A stretch of 59,561 nucleotides of DNA from a bacterium (GCA_029778565.1 JAKOQC010000247.1:1-59561), one strand, 5' to 3'; shown: positions 1 to 9,677, numbered from the stretch's first letter. Notes: generated by a model not told the origin, from the letters alone. Translations and numbers: made by a program.

Positions 1-68
1 GCAACAGTTTTAGAAATTGCAAAACAAATTCAAGCTAACTCAGATTGGCACCAAAGGAGACCAAAACT

Positions 69-536
69 ATGAGCTATATATCGTTAGTTATTGCAGTGGT
101 TGTTATAAGTATACTTATTTATTTTCTTATGAAGAGCAAGGCAAGTGATAAGCGAAAGTTTGACCCCAATAAAGTTGGCAGCGTAAAACCAGCCAACAAT
201 TCAAACGGCGGACTTAATACCGAATTGGTAAAAAACAAGTGGAGTGAAATTGGTGCCATGCAAAACTCTGGTGCAGCTGGATTAAAAAATGCTCTTATAG
301 AGGCCGATAAGTTACTTGATTATGTGATGATTCAAAAAGGTTTTTCTGGCGAGACAATGGGAGAGCGACTGCAGAGTGGTGGCTCGGCTTTTAGTAATTT
401 AAATGCTATTTGGGCAGCACATAAGCTGCGTAACCAAATGGCTCACGAGATTCAGCATGATGTGGTAGCTGCGCAATTTAAGCAAGCTATATCGGACCTG
501 GGCCAGGGTATAAGAGATTTAGGAGTTGGCTTGTAG
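69..536 (+). CDS. membrane-anchored hypothetical protein
   Basis: ORF 45..536. AAGGAG at 53-58 favours the ATG at 69. N-terminal hydrophobic helix ISLVIAVVVISILIYFLM. C-terminal helical part carries RNQMAH (R-x4-H). No family recognised with certainty. Confidence 0.6.
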   Translation: MSYISLVIAVVVISILIYFLMKSKASDKRKFDPNKVGSVKPANNSNGGLNTELVKNKWSEIGAMQNSGAAGLKNALIEADKLLDYVMIQKGFSGETMGERLQSGGSAFSNLNAIWAAHKLRNQMAHEIQHDVVAAQFKQAISDLGQGIRDLGVGL

Positions 537-1975
537 TGTCAAAACAGTATACTCCTACTATTGGTATAGAAATTCATGTACAACTCGCCACAAAGAGTAA
601 GATGTTTTGTGCTTGCGATAATAATAGTCGTAATGCCGAGCCGAATACCAATGTGTGTCCTGTCTGTATGGCTTTTCCGGGTAGCTTGCCGGTTGTGAAT
701 AAGGGTGCCGTAGAGCTGGCAATAAAACTAGGCTATGGTCTAAATGCTCAGATAGCCAAGATAACAAGTTTTGATCGCAAAAATTATTTTTATCCAGACA
801 GTCCTAAGGGATACCAAATTACCCAGATGCGAGAGCCGATAGTTGGCAAGGGTTACGTAGAGATATTGGTTGATAATGAATTTAAAAAAATAGGTATTCA
901 TCATGCCCATTTAGAAGAAGATGCTGGTAAATCTACTCATCCTACAGGTAAAGATTATAGCTTGGTAGATTTTAACCGCGCAGGAACACCGCTTGTAGAA
1001 ATTGTTTCAGAACCTGATATGCATAGTGCGGTAGAGGCAAAACGCTATCTGCAAGAAGTGTATGCTATCGCTACTACTCTGGGTGTTAGTGATGGAGATA
1101 TGGAGCATGGCAATTTTAAATTTGATCTGAATGTTTCGGTGAGTGATAACGAAGAACTCGGTACTCGTACTGAGTTAAAGAATCTCAACTCATTTAGAAA
1201 TGCCGAACGAGCACTTAATTATGAGATAGCTCGGCAGATAGAAATTCTCGAGCAAGGAGAGAAAGTAGTTCAAGAAACTCGCGGCTGGAATGATGCTAAA
1301 GGCAAGACAGTACCACAGCGTAGTAAAGAAGAAGCTAATGACTACCGGTATTTTCCCGAACCAGACATTCCACCGCTTAACCTAGATGAAGAATTTATTA
1401 CCAACGTTCAGGCAGAAGCAAAGAAGGAAGTCTTACCAATTACGGTTCGCCAAGAGTTACTAAGCTTGGGGCTCAACTCTGACGAGCAAGACATTCTCGT
1501 AGGCCAAGCCAAAACACGTACGATTTTTTATGATGCTAAGAATACGCTCAACAATTCTCAGCTAGAGCGCAAGATAGTAAATTGGCTGGTTGGTGATTAC
1601 CAGGCCTGGAAGAGTGAAAACAGCGAGTCTGAGTCGAAACTAAGTGGTCAACATTTGGCTGAATTGATTATGTTAATAGAAGATGGAAGCATTTCTTCGA
1701 AGACTGCCAAAGAAATATTTGCTAATGTTATTGCCGGGCAAAAGCCAGCAGAAATTATTCAAGCCAAAGGACTTACCCAGATGAGTGATGATACCGAGCT
1801 AGAAGCTATTATTGTAGATATTATTGCCAAAAATCCTCAAGCTGTAGCAGATTATAAGTCTGGTAACGAAAAAGCTGCTGGTTTTTTTGTGGGGCAAGTT
1901 ATGGCAGCCACAAAAGGTCAGGCAAATCCCGGCAAGGCGAATGCGCTTGTGCTAAAATTATTACAAGAACAGTAA
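536..1975 (+). CDS. gatB: Asp-tRNA(Asn)/Glu-tRNA(Gln) amidotransferase subunit B
   Basis: 479 aa. Typical GatB N-terminus (PTIGIEIHVQL, CPVCMAFPGSLP) and C-terminal YqeY/GatB tail. GTG start overlaps the upstream stop. Confidence 0.95.
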   Translation: MSKQYTPTIGIEIHVQLATKSKMFCACDNNSRNAEPNTNVCPVCMAFPGSLPVVNKGAVELAIKLGYGLNAQIAKITSFDRKNYFYPDSPKGYQITQMREPIVGKGYVEILVDNEFKKIGIHHAHLEEDAGKSTHPTGKDYSLVDFNRAGTPLVEIVSEPDMHSAVEAKRYLQEVYAIATTLGVSDGDMEHGNFKFDLNVSVSDNEELGTRTELKNLNSFRNAERALNYEIARQIEILEQGEKVVQETRGWNDAKGKTVPQRSKEEANDYRYFPEPDIPPLNLDEEFITNVQAEAKKEVLPITVRQELLSLGLNSDEQDILVGQAKTRTIFYDAKNTLNNSQLERKIVNWLVGDYQAWKSENSESESKLSGQHLAELIMLIEDGSISSKTAKEIFANVIAGQKPAEIIQAKGLTQMSDDTELEAIIVDIIAKNPQAVADYKSGNEKAAGFFVGQVMAATKGQANPGKANALVLKLLQEQ

Positions 1976-1990
1976 TAATTTATTCCCCCA

Positions 1991-2617
1991 ATGAATGACT
2001 TTGTAGTAATTAATACCCAAAATGCCGTAAACCAACTCAATACTGGGTTTGTAACTTACGGACCTCGAATTATCCGAGCTGTTTTGTTTGCTATTGTGGG
2101 CGTTATACTTATTCGCTTGCTTTCGTACTTGTTTGAACGAATTCTAGGTTATGTGAAATTTTCTTTTGGGCTGAAAGAAATATTACAAATTATTGTGCAA
2201 GGTATCTTGTGGGTATTGCTTGGTATTGGTACACTGCAGATTCTTGGTCTTACCAATATTGCACTGACAGTAGGTGCTCTGGCGGCAGCTTTTTCTTTTG
2301 GTATTTCACAAGGCATTTCACCGACAGTAAAAGATTTACTCTCTGGCTTACAACTAAGTAGTGATCACGACTTTCGGGTAGGTGATAAGGTAATAGTGGG
2401 CGCCAAAGACGAGCGTGCCGAGGGGTATATACTCGAGATGGACGTCAAAAAAACTCGCATTATTGATAAACATGGTAACTTGCACGTAGTGCCTAACTCG
2501 GTGGTAGATGATAATGAGTGGATCTTGCTAGAGCGTGATGAAGCAACCTATGAGCATATGCAGCGGGCAGATGTCTTGCAAGCTATACATTATAAGATAA
2601 ATAAACATCATAAATAA
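1991..2617 (+). CDS. small MscS-like mechanosensitive channel family protein
   Basis: 208 aa. TM helices followed by a beta-domain pattern (GDKVIVG...GYILEMDVKKTRIIDKHGNLHVVPNSVV) typical of MscS-family channels. Confidence 0.6.
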   Translation: MNDFVVINTQNAVNQLNTGFVTYGPRIIRAVLFAIVGVILIRLLSYLFERILGYVKFSFGLKEILQIIVQGILWVLLGIGTLQILGLTNIALTVGALAAAFSFGISQGISPTVKDLLSGLQLSSDHDFRVGDKVIVGAKDERAEGYILEMDVKKTRIIDKHGNLHVVPNSVVDDNEWILLERDEATYEHMQRADVLQAIHYKINKHHK

Positions 2618-2681
2618 TTTTTACATAGTATCTTAAAAGTGGTAGTATAAAGATATACTTAATGTTTGCGAGGAGAAGAAT

Positions 2682-2954
2682 ATGAACACATTACTGATAG
2701 TGCTAATTACCTTAGTTTCGATTACTTTAATTATTTTGGTTATTTATACCGTAGTATTCTTAGTATTACTTATTAAGGCTCTTAAGCAAGTTCGCTTGGC
2801 TGCTAATAAGGTTCAAGAAAGTGCCGACCAGGCCTCAGAACTTGTTGATGAAGTACGGAGAACCGTCGTAAACCCTGGCATTATTGCGATGATGATAGAA
2901 AAGTATTTGCACAAAGCTACTAAGAGAGCTAGAAAGAATAAAAGCGATGAGTAA
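2682..2954 (+). CDS. DUF948-like small membrane protein
   Basis: 90 aa. N-terminal TM helix then a coiled segment. Sits directly upstream of and overlaps a YtxH gene, as in the Firmicutes DUF948/YtxH pairs. Confidence 0.5.
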   Translation: MNTLLIVLITLVSITLIILVIYTVVFLVLLIKALKQVRLAANKVQESADQASELVDEVRRTVVNPGIIAMMIEKYLHKATKRARKNKSDE

Positions 2955-3405
2955 AGAAAAAGGATTTTTTAAAGGAGCAATTGTTGGTGGATTGGTAGCT
3001 GGCACATTGGCTTTATTGTTTGCACCCAAAAGTGGTAAAGAAACACGCGAAGATCTAAAGAAACGTTGTGACGAAACTCATGCTGAGTTGCAGGCAAAAA
3101 TTAATACTGCTAAAAAAACAGGCGATAAAGTTACCAAAGAAAAGATAGAACAGGCCGAAAAACTGGCTGCCGAACTCTCGCGTAAAAGCGCCGAGCTTTC
3201 GAAGTCTTCTAAGAAGGTTGGCAAAGTTGCTGCCGAAGAAACGAAAGCACTAACTCAACGGGCTGCCGAGTTGGCTCTCGAATTGGCCGAGTCTTCTAAA
3301 AAAGTCTATGCAACCGGTAAAAAAGAAGCTGCGAGAATACAACGAGCCAAACAGCGTGCAGCTGAGAAAAGTAAACAGCCTGCAAAAAAAGCTAGCTCTA
3401 AATAA
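2947..3405 (+). CDS. YtxH domain-containing protein
   Basis: 152 aa. GFFKGAIVGGLVAGTLALLFAPKSGKETREDLKK signature followed by a Lys/Ala/Glu-rich helix. Confidence 0.75.
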   Translation: MSKEKGFFKGAIVGGLVAGTLALLFAPKSGKETREDLKKRCDETHAELQAKINTAKKTGDKVTKEKIEQAEKLAAELSRKSAELSKSSKKVGKVAAEETKALTQRAAELALELAESSKKVYATGKKEAARIQRAKQRAAEKSKQPAKKASSK

Positions 3406-3412
3406 TTAGTGA

Positions 3413-3676
3413 ATGGCAAAACCAACCAAGAATAATTCGGTAGCTTCCCAACAACTCGCAGCGAGCCTTGGTTTAGAAGCTATCAATGAGCTTCTTACTA
3501 ATAAAAAGAAATTGTGGTGGTTAAATTTTCAGACTGGTTTTGTGCGTGGGTTTGGTGGGGTGCTGGGCGCTGCAGTTGTAATTGTAATTATTGGATTTTT
3601 AGTAACCGTGTTTGGCGGCCTACCATATATAGGGCATTTATTACAAAAGATTAGTGCTGCAATGCAATCTAGCTAA
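3413..3676 (+). CDS. small membrane protein (DUF5665-like)
   Basis: 87 aa. FVRGFGGVLGAAVVIVIIGFLV pattern. Confidence 0.45.
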   Translation: MAKPTKNNSVASQQLAASLGLEAINELLTNKKKLWWLNFQTGFVRGFGGVLGAAVVIVIIGFLVTVFGGLPYIGHLLQKISAAMQSS

Positions 3677-3744
3677 GCTATAGTGTTTTCTCTCACCAAG
3701 TGCAAAAGGTATCGTGGTAAAATAGGTATACAAAGAGGAGGGAA

Positions 3745-6700
3745 ATGGCGGACGCTATAGAGCCAGGTAAAAATGAAGTTATCAACAAGGCCCGGGCAGA
3801 AAAGGGGTTTGTTGATTTTGTGCATTTACATACTCACACTCACTATAGCCTGCTCGATGGCTTGCAAAAGATACCAGACTTAGTTGACCATATTGAAGGT
3901 CTGGGGCAAACTGCTTGTGCCATTACCGACCATGGTACGCTCTCTGGTGCGATAGAGTTTTATAAGGCGTGCAAAGAGAAAGGTATAAAACCAATTATTG
4001 GTATCGAAACATATGTTGCACCCCGTACTCATTTAGACAAAAATAGCGCCGAAGACAGAACACCGTTTCACCTTACCTTGCTTGCCGAAAACATGCAGGG
4101 CTACAAGAACTTAATGAAGCTCAGTACCATAGCCAATCTCGAGGGATTTTATTATAAGCCCCGGGTAGACCATGACCTACTCGAGAAATACAAAGAGGGT
4201 ATTATAGTACTTTCTGGCTGTGCGGGTGGTGAGCTTGGCAGCAAGATACTCGATAATAATTATGCCGAAGCCAAAAAAACTGCCGAGTGGTATAAGAGCG
4301 TTTTTGGCAAAGACAATTATTTCTTAGAGCTACAACCACATACCGAAGATTTTCAACAAAAAGTTAATGAAGGAATAAAGAAACTTGCCAAAGAGCTCGA
4401 TCTTAATTTAGTAGCAACCGGTGACTCGCATTATTCTGTTTCTGACCAACACTATGCGCACGATATTTTGCTATGTGTACAGACCGGTAGTACGGTGGAT
4501 GATGTAAAACGTATGAAGCTGGATATGGATCTCTCAGTAGCACCAGGCAGTCATTTTGCTGAGTTCTTTAAAGATGTACCCGAGGCAGTGAGCAATACAG
4601 TAAAGATAGCCGAGCGCTGTGAGATTGATATTGAACTCGGCAGGATTCTGATTCCTCGATTTCCTGGTGTACCGAAAGGCAAGACAGAGAAATCTCTATT
4701 GCGCGAGATGGTCTTTGCAGGCGCCGCCAAACGATATACCGATATGGAAGGTGATGATCTGAGCGAAGCTAAGGTAAAACCAAACCTACCGGCCGAAGTG
4801 CTCGAAAGAATTGAATATGAATTGAAAGTAATTGGCGATATGGGTTATGAAGGCTACATGCTGATTGTTTCTGACCTCATTAATTGGAGTAAGGCACAGG
4901 GCATTGTTTGTGGCCCGGGGCGTGGTTCGGCGGCTGGTAGTATTATTGCCTATGCCACTGCAATTACCGAGCTTGATCCGCTTAAGTACGATTTGCTCTT
5001 CGAGCGGTTCTTAAACCCCGATCGTATTAGTATGCCAGATATTGATATGGACTACGCTGATGATAGGCGAGAAGAAGTTATTAATTATGCCACCGAAAAA
5101 TATGGTCAAGAACGGGTAGCTCAAATTATTACCTTTGGTGTAATGGCCGCACGTAACGCCGTGCGCGACACGGGTCGCGTGCTGGGCCTGCCGTATGGTG
5201 AGGTGGATGCCATTGCCAAAGTAATACCAGCACCGATTCAGGGTAGACATATTCCGCTAAAAAACTCGATTGTTGATAACCCAGAACTAAAAGCAGAATA
5301 TTCTAATAATCCCAAAGCTAAACAAGTAATCGATATTGCTATGCAGCTTGAAGGTACTATTCGTAATGCCGGTACCCATGCAGCAGGTGTGGTGATAGCG
5401 CCAGAAAATTTAGTAGAGTACGTACCACTTACCCGGGCTAGTAAAGGTGGGGTTGCCACACAATACTCTATGAACCCTATTGAAGAGCTTGGTTTGTTAA
5501 AATTCGATTTTCTCGGACTCTCTAACTTAACAATTATTAAAAATACCCTGCGTATCATTAAAAAAGTGTATGGCAAAGATATTAATGTAAACGAAATTCC
5601 GATTGATGACAAAAAGACCTACGATTTGCTAAGTAGAGGAGATACTACCGGTGTCTTCCAGCTAGAGTCGGCCGGTATGAAGCGCTATATTCGCGATCTT
5701 AAGCCAGATAGATTTGAAGATATTATTGCCATGGTAGCCCTGTATCGGCCAGGCCCAATGCAGTGGATAGAAGATTTTATTAACAGAAAACACAACCCTG
5801 GGCTTATTACCTATGGCCATCCCAAAATGGAGGAAGCACTAAAGAATACCTACGGAATTATTGTGTATCAAGAACAAGTTATGCAAATCGCCAAAGACTT
5901 ATGTGGATTTACTGGTGGCCAGGCCGACACCCTACGTAAAGGTATCGGTAAAAAGATTCCCGAAGTGATTGCTAAGATGAAGCAAGAATTTATTGATGGT
6001 GCTATTAAAACAAGCCAAGTAGAAGAGAAGTTTATTAATGATTTATGGAAGAGCATTGAAGATTTTGCGGCCTACTGTTTTAACAAATCACATGCTGCTT
6101 GTTACGCTCTTATTAGTGTGCAGACAGCGTACTTAAAAGCGCACTATCCATCGGCTTTTATGGCGGCTTTGCTTACCTCAGACCACGAAAACCTAGACCG
6201 TATTGCTATTGAAGTAACCGAATGTCGTAAGATGGAAATAGAACTTCTGCCACCAGACATTAACGAAAGTTTTGCCGAGTTTGCTGTTGTGCCAGAGACC
6301 GGTAATATTCGGTTTGGCCTAGGAGCAATTAAGAATGTTGGCATGGGGCCAATTGAGATAATTTTGGCTGCACGCAAAGAAGGTGGTAAGTTTCAGAGCC
6401 TCGAAGATTTTTGCAAACGAGTAGAGGCAAGTGCCATTAACAAGAAAGTAATGGAATCACTTATAAAGTGCGGTGCTTTTGATAGCATGGGCGATCGCGA
6501 CACTTTGCTTGAGAGTGTAGAAGTAATTACAGGCTATGCGTCTCGTTTGCAAAAAAATGCTCTCAGCGGACAGATTGATATTTTTGGCTCGATGGGCAAG
6601 CCCGAAGAAACCCCACCGCTAAGATTAGTTCCGCCTAGTAGTAAAGTAGATCCCCGCACACATTTAATGTGGGAGAAAGAACTTATGGGGTTGTTTGTTA

Positions 6701-7368
6701 GTAGCCATCCATTGGATGATTTTCGCAACTACTTAATGTCGAAGGCACAAAGTATAACTAAGTTTTCTAAAATGGACGATGGTGCCGAGATTACGATTGG
6801 TGGTATTGTAACTGGTTTGCGCCAAATCTACACTCGCAATAACGATGCAATGGCATTTGTGCAGCTCGAAACACTCGATAGTGACGTAGAAGTTGTAGTG
6901 TTTCCGCGAGTCTGGCAAAAGAGTAAAGATCACTTAGCGGTAGACAGTGTAGTGCTTATTACTGGCAAGATTAATGCTAAAGATAGAGAGGGTAAACTTG
7001 TCGACGAATTAAAGGTGCTAGCCGATAGTGTTAAACCAACTGTTGCTGAAACTGCTCGCATGTTTCCACCTCCCGAACAAACCATTGAAGGTGCAGTTGC
7101 TCAAGAAGATTTACCCAACGAAAATATCGAGAGCATTACTATTAGCTTGCAGTCTACTACCGAAGGTGAAAAACTCTTGCACATCAAGCGTCATCTAGAA
7201 GCACATAAGGGTAGTGTGCCTATTATGCTACACTTTGCAGCTACATCTCAGAATTTACGCCTGCCAGGTGGAATTGACGGCTCAGAAAGTCTTATTGCTG
7301 GGCTTATTGAGATAGTTGGTGAAAGTAATGTAGCTATCAAAAAGAAACCAACACCAGTTTCTTCCTAA
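3745..7368 (+). CDS. dnaE: DNA polymerase III alpha subunit
   Basis: 1207 aa. PHP domain (FVHLHTHTHYSLLDG), polymerase core (GPGRGSAAGS, PDIDMD), HhH and OB fold. GAGGAGGG RBS. Confidence 0.97.
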   Translation: MADAIEPGKNEVINKARAEKGFVDFVHLHTHTHYSLLDGLQKIPDLVDHIEGLGQTACAITDHGTLSGAIEFYKACKEKGIKPIIGIETYVAPRTHLDKNSAEDRTPFHLTLLAENMQGYKNLMKLSTIANLEGFYYKPRVDHDLLEKYKEGIIVLSGCAGGELGSKILDNNYAEAKKTAEWYKSVFGKDNYFLELQPHTEDFQQKVNEGIKKLAKELDLNLVATGDSHYSVSDQHYAHDILLCVQTGSTVDDVKRMKLDMDLSVAPGSHFAEFFKDVPEAVSNTVKIAERCEIDIELGRILIPRFPGVPKGKTEKSLLREMVFAGAAKRYTDMEGDDLSEAKVKPNLPAEVLERIEYELKVIGDMGYEGYMLIVSDLINWSKAQGIVCGPGRGSAAGSIIAYATAITELDPLKYDLLFERFLNPDRISMPDIDMDYADDRREEVINYATEKYGQERVAQIITFGVMAARNAVRDTGRVLGLPYGEVDAIAKVIPAPIQGRHIPLKNSIVDNPELKAEYSNNPKAKQVIDIAMQLEGTIRNAGTHAAGVVIAPENLVEYVPLTRASKGGVATQYSMNPIEELGLLKFDFLGLSNLTIIKNTLRIIKKVYGKDINVNEIPIDDKKTYDLLSRGDTTGVFQLESAGMKRYIRDLKPDRFEDIIAMVALYRPGPMQWIEDFINRKHNPGLITYGHPKMEEALKNTYGIIVYQEQVMQIAKDLCGFTGGQADTLRKGIGKKIPEVIAKMKQEFIDGAIKTSQVEEKFINDLWKSIEDFAAYCFNKSHAACYALISVQTAYLKAHYPSAFMAALLTSDHENLDRIAIEVTECRKMEIELLPPDINESFAEFAVVPETGNIRFGLGAIKNVGMGPIEIILAARKEGGKFQSLEDFCKRVEASAINKKVMESLIKCGAFDSMGDRDTLLESVEVITGYASRLQKNALSGQIDIFGSMGKPEETPPLRLVPPSSKVDPRTHLMWEKELMGLFVSSHPLDDFRNYLMSKAQSITKFSKMDDGAEITIGGIVTGLRQIYTRNNDAMAFVQLETLDSDVEVVVFPRVWQKSKDHLAVDSVVLITGKINAKDREGKLVDELKVLADSVKPTVAETARMFPPPEQTIEGAVAQEDLPNENIESITISLQSTTEGEKLLHIKRHLEAHKGSVPIMLHFAATSQNLRLPGGIDGSESLIAGLIEIVGESNVAIKKKPTPVSS

Positions 7369-7371
7369 CAT

Positions 7372-7402
7372 AAAAAACCGAAGCGTTAGCTTCGGTAAAA
7401 TT
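7372..7402. terminator. bidirectional hairpin terminator between dnaE and the minus-strand cassette
   Basis: ACCGAAGC-GTTA-GCTTCGGT stem-loop at 7377-7396, flanked by an A-run and a T-rich run. Confidence 0.7.
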
Positions 7403-7405
7403 TAA

Positions 7406-7759
7406 TTAGTATCTACTCAGTCGAGTGCGCAAGGTGTGAGCATCGGTCTGCAAGCGAGCAATCTTGGTATGAAGTACTTCGATTTCAGCTTCTGCGTTCT
7501 GCTTTCTAACTACAAAAGACTCGATAGTTGCAGCACTTAGACTGGCATTGTTCATCTGCTGGGTAAATTGACGAATACGTGCATGTAACAGCTCAAGATC
7601 ACTCTGAGCTGTCATCAATTCGGCTTCGATGCGGTCAAGTGCACGCTGGCGCCTGGCTTGCTTACCTCGAGTTACTCGGTGTGTTCTATAGGCTGCAGCT
7701 TGTCGACCCAGTGTTGGGTCGTCATTATCAACAAAGGCATATCTATCATCGATAGCCAT
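7406..7759 (-). CDS. hypothetical coiled-coil protein
   Basis: ORF 7406..7807. AAGGAG 5 nt upstream favours the ATG at 7759 (MAIDDRY...). C-terminal heptad-like helix. GC-rich. Confidence 0.6.
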   Translation of the reverse strand: MAIDDRYAFVDNDDPTLGRQAAAYRTHRVTRGKQARRQRALDRIEAELMTAQSDLELLHARIRQFTQQMNNASLSAATIESFVVRKQNAEAEIEVLHTKIARLQTDAHTLRTRLSRY

Positions 7760-7885
7760 GGTTACTCCTTTGCCTATGCGAGGTGCTTGTCGGGGAGATC
7801 CCGCCACAAACTTCGATCCGGCAGCTGGCGGAGTATCAAAATTTCTGGTGGTGCTGCGATTTATCCCTCGCAGCGGGGGTTGTAA

Positions 7886-8050
7886 CTAACGCTGAATACG
7901 TCTTGGGCGAGCAAACAGCTCGACCAAGCGGGGGTCGGGCTTCACTTCCTGGTCGATCATCTCGAGCAGTTTGTCGAATACCTCTGGTGAGGCAACGATC
8001 TGCTGAGAAACAGGCTCAAAGCAATCTTCTTCCCAAGGATTCTTATGCAT
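7886..8050 (-). CDS. small hypothetical protein (54 aa, below the ORF-track cutoff)
   Basis: Hand translation gives MHKNPWEEDCFEPVSQQIVASPEVFDKLLEMIDQEVKPDPRLVELFARPRRIQR. AAGGAG RBS directly upstream. Fills the gap between two same-strand genes. Confidence 0.5.
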   Translation of the reverse strand: MHKNPWEEDCFEPVSQQIVASPEVFDKLLEMIDQEVKPDPRLVELFARPRRIQR

Positions 8051-8064
8051 CTCACTCCTTATTC

Positions 8065-8487
8065 TTACTCGACCAATTCGGGAATCAGACGCTCACCCTT
8101 CTGGATGAGCTCCTTGTTACTTAGAACGCGGCCGTCGCCGATGTGCGGGAGCCAGCCGAAGTAGGTAATGGCATCTAGGCTGTTGCGAAACAGCCAGTAC
8201 ACCACGACCTCATCAGCTGCATCGGCCACATAGTGAGCGATGCGCTCGAGCGCCTGGCGCTTGGCAGTGTCATCCACCGTACGGCTGATGACACTGCCGT
8301 AGTAGCGCCACTCTCGGTCGCTGTCACGCAACCGAAATGCTGCCTGCAGCAGAATGATCTCGCCTTGGTAGACGAACACCATTCCTGGCTTAAAACGCAA
8401 CTTTGGTGGCTTAATCTTGCTCTCATCCACCCACATCGTCATGTTGTGGGGAGAGTGCGGTACGGCAACTTGCTTTCCTTGGTTCAT
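8065..8487 (-). CDS. hypothetical protein
   Basis: 140 aa ORF. 4-nt ATGA overlap with the upstream gene implies translational coupling. No recognisable family. Confidence 0.6.
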   Translation of the reverse strand: MNQGKQVAVPHSPHNMTMWVDESKIKPPKLRFKPGMVFVYQGEIILLQAAFRLRDSDREWRYYGSVISRTVDDTAKRQALERIAHYVADAADEVVVYWLFRNSLDAITYFGWLPHIGDGRVLSNKELIQKGERLIPELVE

Positions 8488-8822
8488 CGGGATCCTTTCG
8501 GATTCTCAAGTATCTCGGCGAACTGGGCGCGAAGGTATTGGTTCTTTTTATGACAGTATGCAATTGCAAATGGGCCAAGCAAGAAATTCTTCCATACTGG
8601 CATGCTTCGTTCTTTTAAGAATTGTTCAACTAGCTGTTCTTCGCGAACTGGCAACATCGATTTTTCTTTCTCGATGTGCCACAAGTATGGCCAACCAATG
8701 GTTATGTGGATTTCGTAATCGGGGTACTTGGCTGTTGGAAAAATAAACATCAGATAAATAATCTCTATCATTAAACCGATACATCCCCAGAACATAACTA
8801 TGCTATACAGCCATGTAGCCAA
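8484..8822 (-). CDS. hypothetical membrane-anchored protein
   Basis: 112 aa. TTG start 5 nt after AAGGAG. N-terminal hydrophobic segment. First gene downstream of a consensus promoter. Confidence 0.6.
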   Translation of the reverse strand: MATWLYSIVMFWGCIGLMIEIIYLMFIFPTAKYPDYEIHITIGWPYLWHIEKEKSMLPVREEQLVEQFLKERSMPVWKNFLLGPFAIAYCHKKNQYLRAQFAEILENPKGSR

Positions 8823-8867
8823 TTTGACTCCTTGGTCGGGCGGTGCTTCTCGATTGAGAACTAAAGT

Positions 8868-8896
8868 ATTATATCAAGAAAACAGGTAAAAGTCAA
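8868..8896 (-). promoter_or_regulatory. sigma70-type promoter of the 8822-7406 cassette
   Basis: On the minus strand: TTGACT (8896-8891), 17 nt spacer, TATAAT (8873-8868). Confidence 0.65.
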
Positions 8897-8955
8897 TATA
8901 TTTTACTGAATTTGTCAAGTAAGTGTATAGTACCCAACAGATAGGCTAAATACTC

Positions 8956-8984
8956 TTGCCAGAGTTTACCAGATGTGCTACACT
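8956..8984 (+). promoter_or_regulatory. rplS promoter, leaderless type
   Basis: TTGCCA-N17-TACACT. The -10 box ends 9 nt before the ATG at 8994 and there is no SD. Confidence 0.6.
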
Positions 8985-8993
8985 ATTTGGGTT

Positions 8994-9677
8994 ATGAATC
9001 CTATCGCAACTCTAGAAGCCAGCCAAAAGAAGGCCAAATTACCAGAAATTCACTCAGGTGATACCGTTAGAGTACACCAGAGAATTACCGAAGGTAAAAA
9101 GAGCCGTATTCAGGTATTTGAAGGTTTGGTTATACGCTATAGCAAACCAGGTAGCTTACAGGCTATTATTACTGTACGCAAGATAGCCTCTGGTGTAGGG
9201 GTAGAAAAGAGCTGGTTGGTACACAGCCCATCTGTAGAGAAGATTCAAGTTGTGAAACGTAGCAAGGTACGTCGAGCATTTCTTAGCTATATGCGAGATA
9301 GAAGTGGTAAATCTGCTAGACTCGCCGAAATGGGCTTTGATAAAGAAGCTACCAATGCAGCTGACCATCGCACAGCCACCCAGATAGCCGAAGAAGCAAA
9401 AGCTGCCGATGAGGAAGCAAAAATTGCGAAAGAAGAAGAAAAGATTGATGGTGATAAAGCCGCAAAGAATGATGAGGCCAAACAAGTAGAAGAAAGTACC
9501 GAAGATGTAGCTAAAGAAGAAGATAAAAAAGCCGCAGAAGATGATGCTACGCCAGCAAGCGATAACGAACCAAAAGATGCTCCGGCTGATGAAAAAGTAA
9601 ATTCTGACGGTAACGACGAGCAACAAGAAGCCGCCGAAGAATTTAAAGACGGCGTAGACAAGGCCGACAAGAAATAA
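8994..9677 (+). CDS. rplS: 50S ribosomal protein L19 with a long acidic/lysine-rich C-terminal extension
   Basis: The L19 core (HSGDTVRVHQRITEGKKSRIQVFEGLVI...) is followed by about 115 aa of low-complexity E/K/A/D tail. The ATG at 8973 lies inside the promoter, so 8994 is preferred. Confidence 0.9.
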   Translation: MNPIATLEASQKKAKLPEIHSGDTVRVHQRITEGKKSRIQVFEGLVIRYSKPGSLQAIITVRKIASGVGVEKSWLVHSPSVEKIQVVKRSKVRRAFLSYMRDRSGKSARLAEMGFDKEATNAADHRTATQIAEEAKAADEEAKIAKEEEKIDGDKAAKNDEAKQVEESTEDVAKEEDKKAAEDDATPASDNEPKDAPADEKVNSDGNDEQQEAAEEFKDGVDKADKK

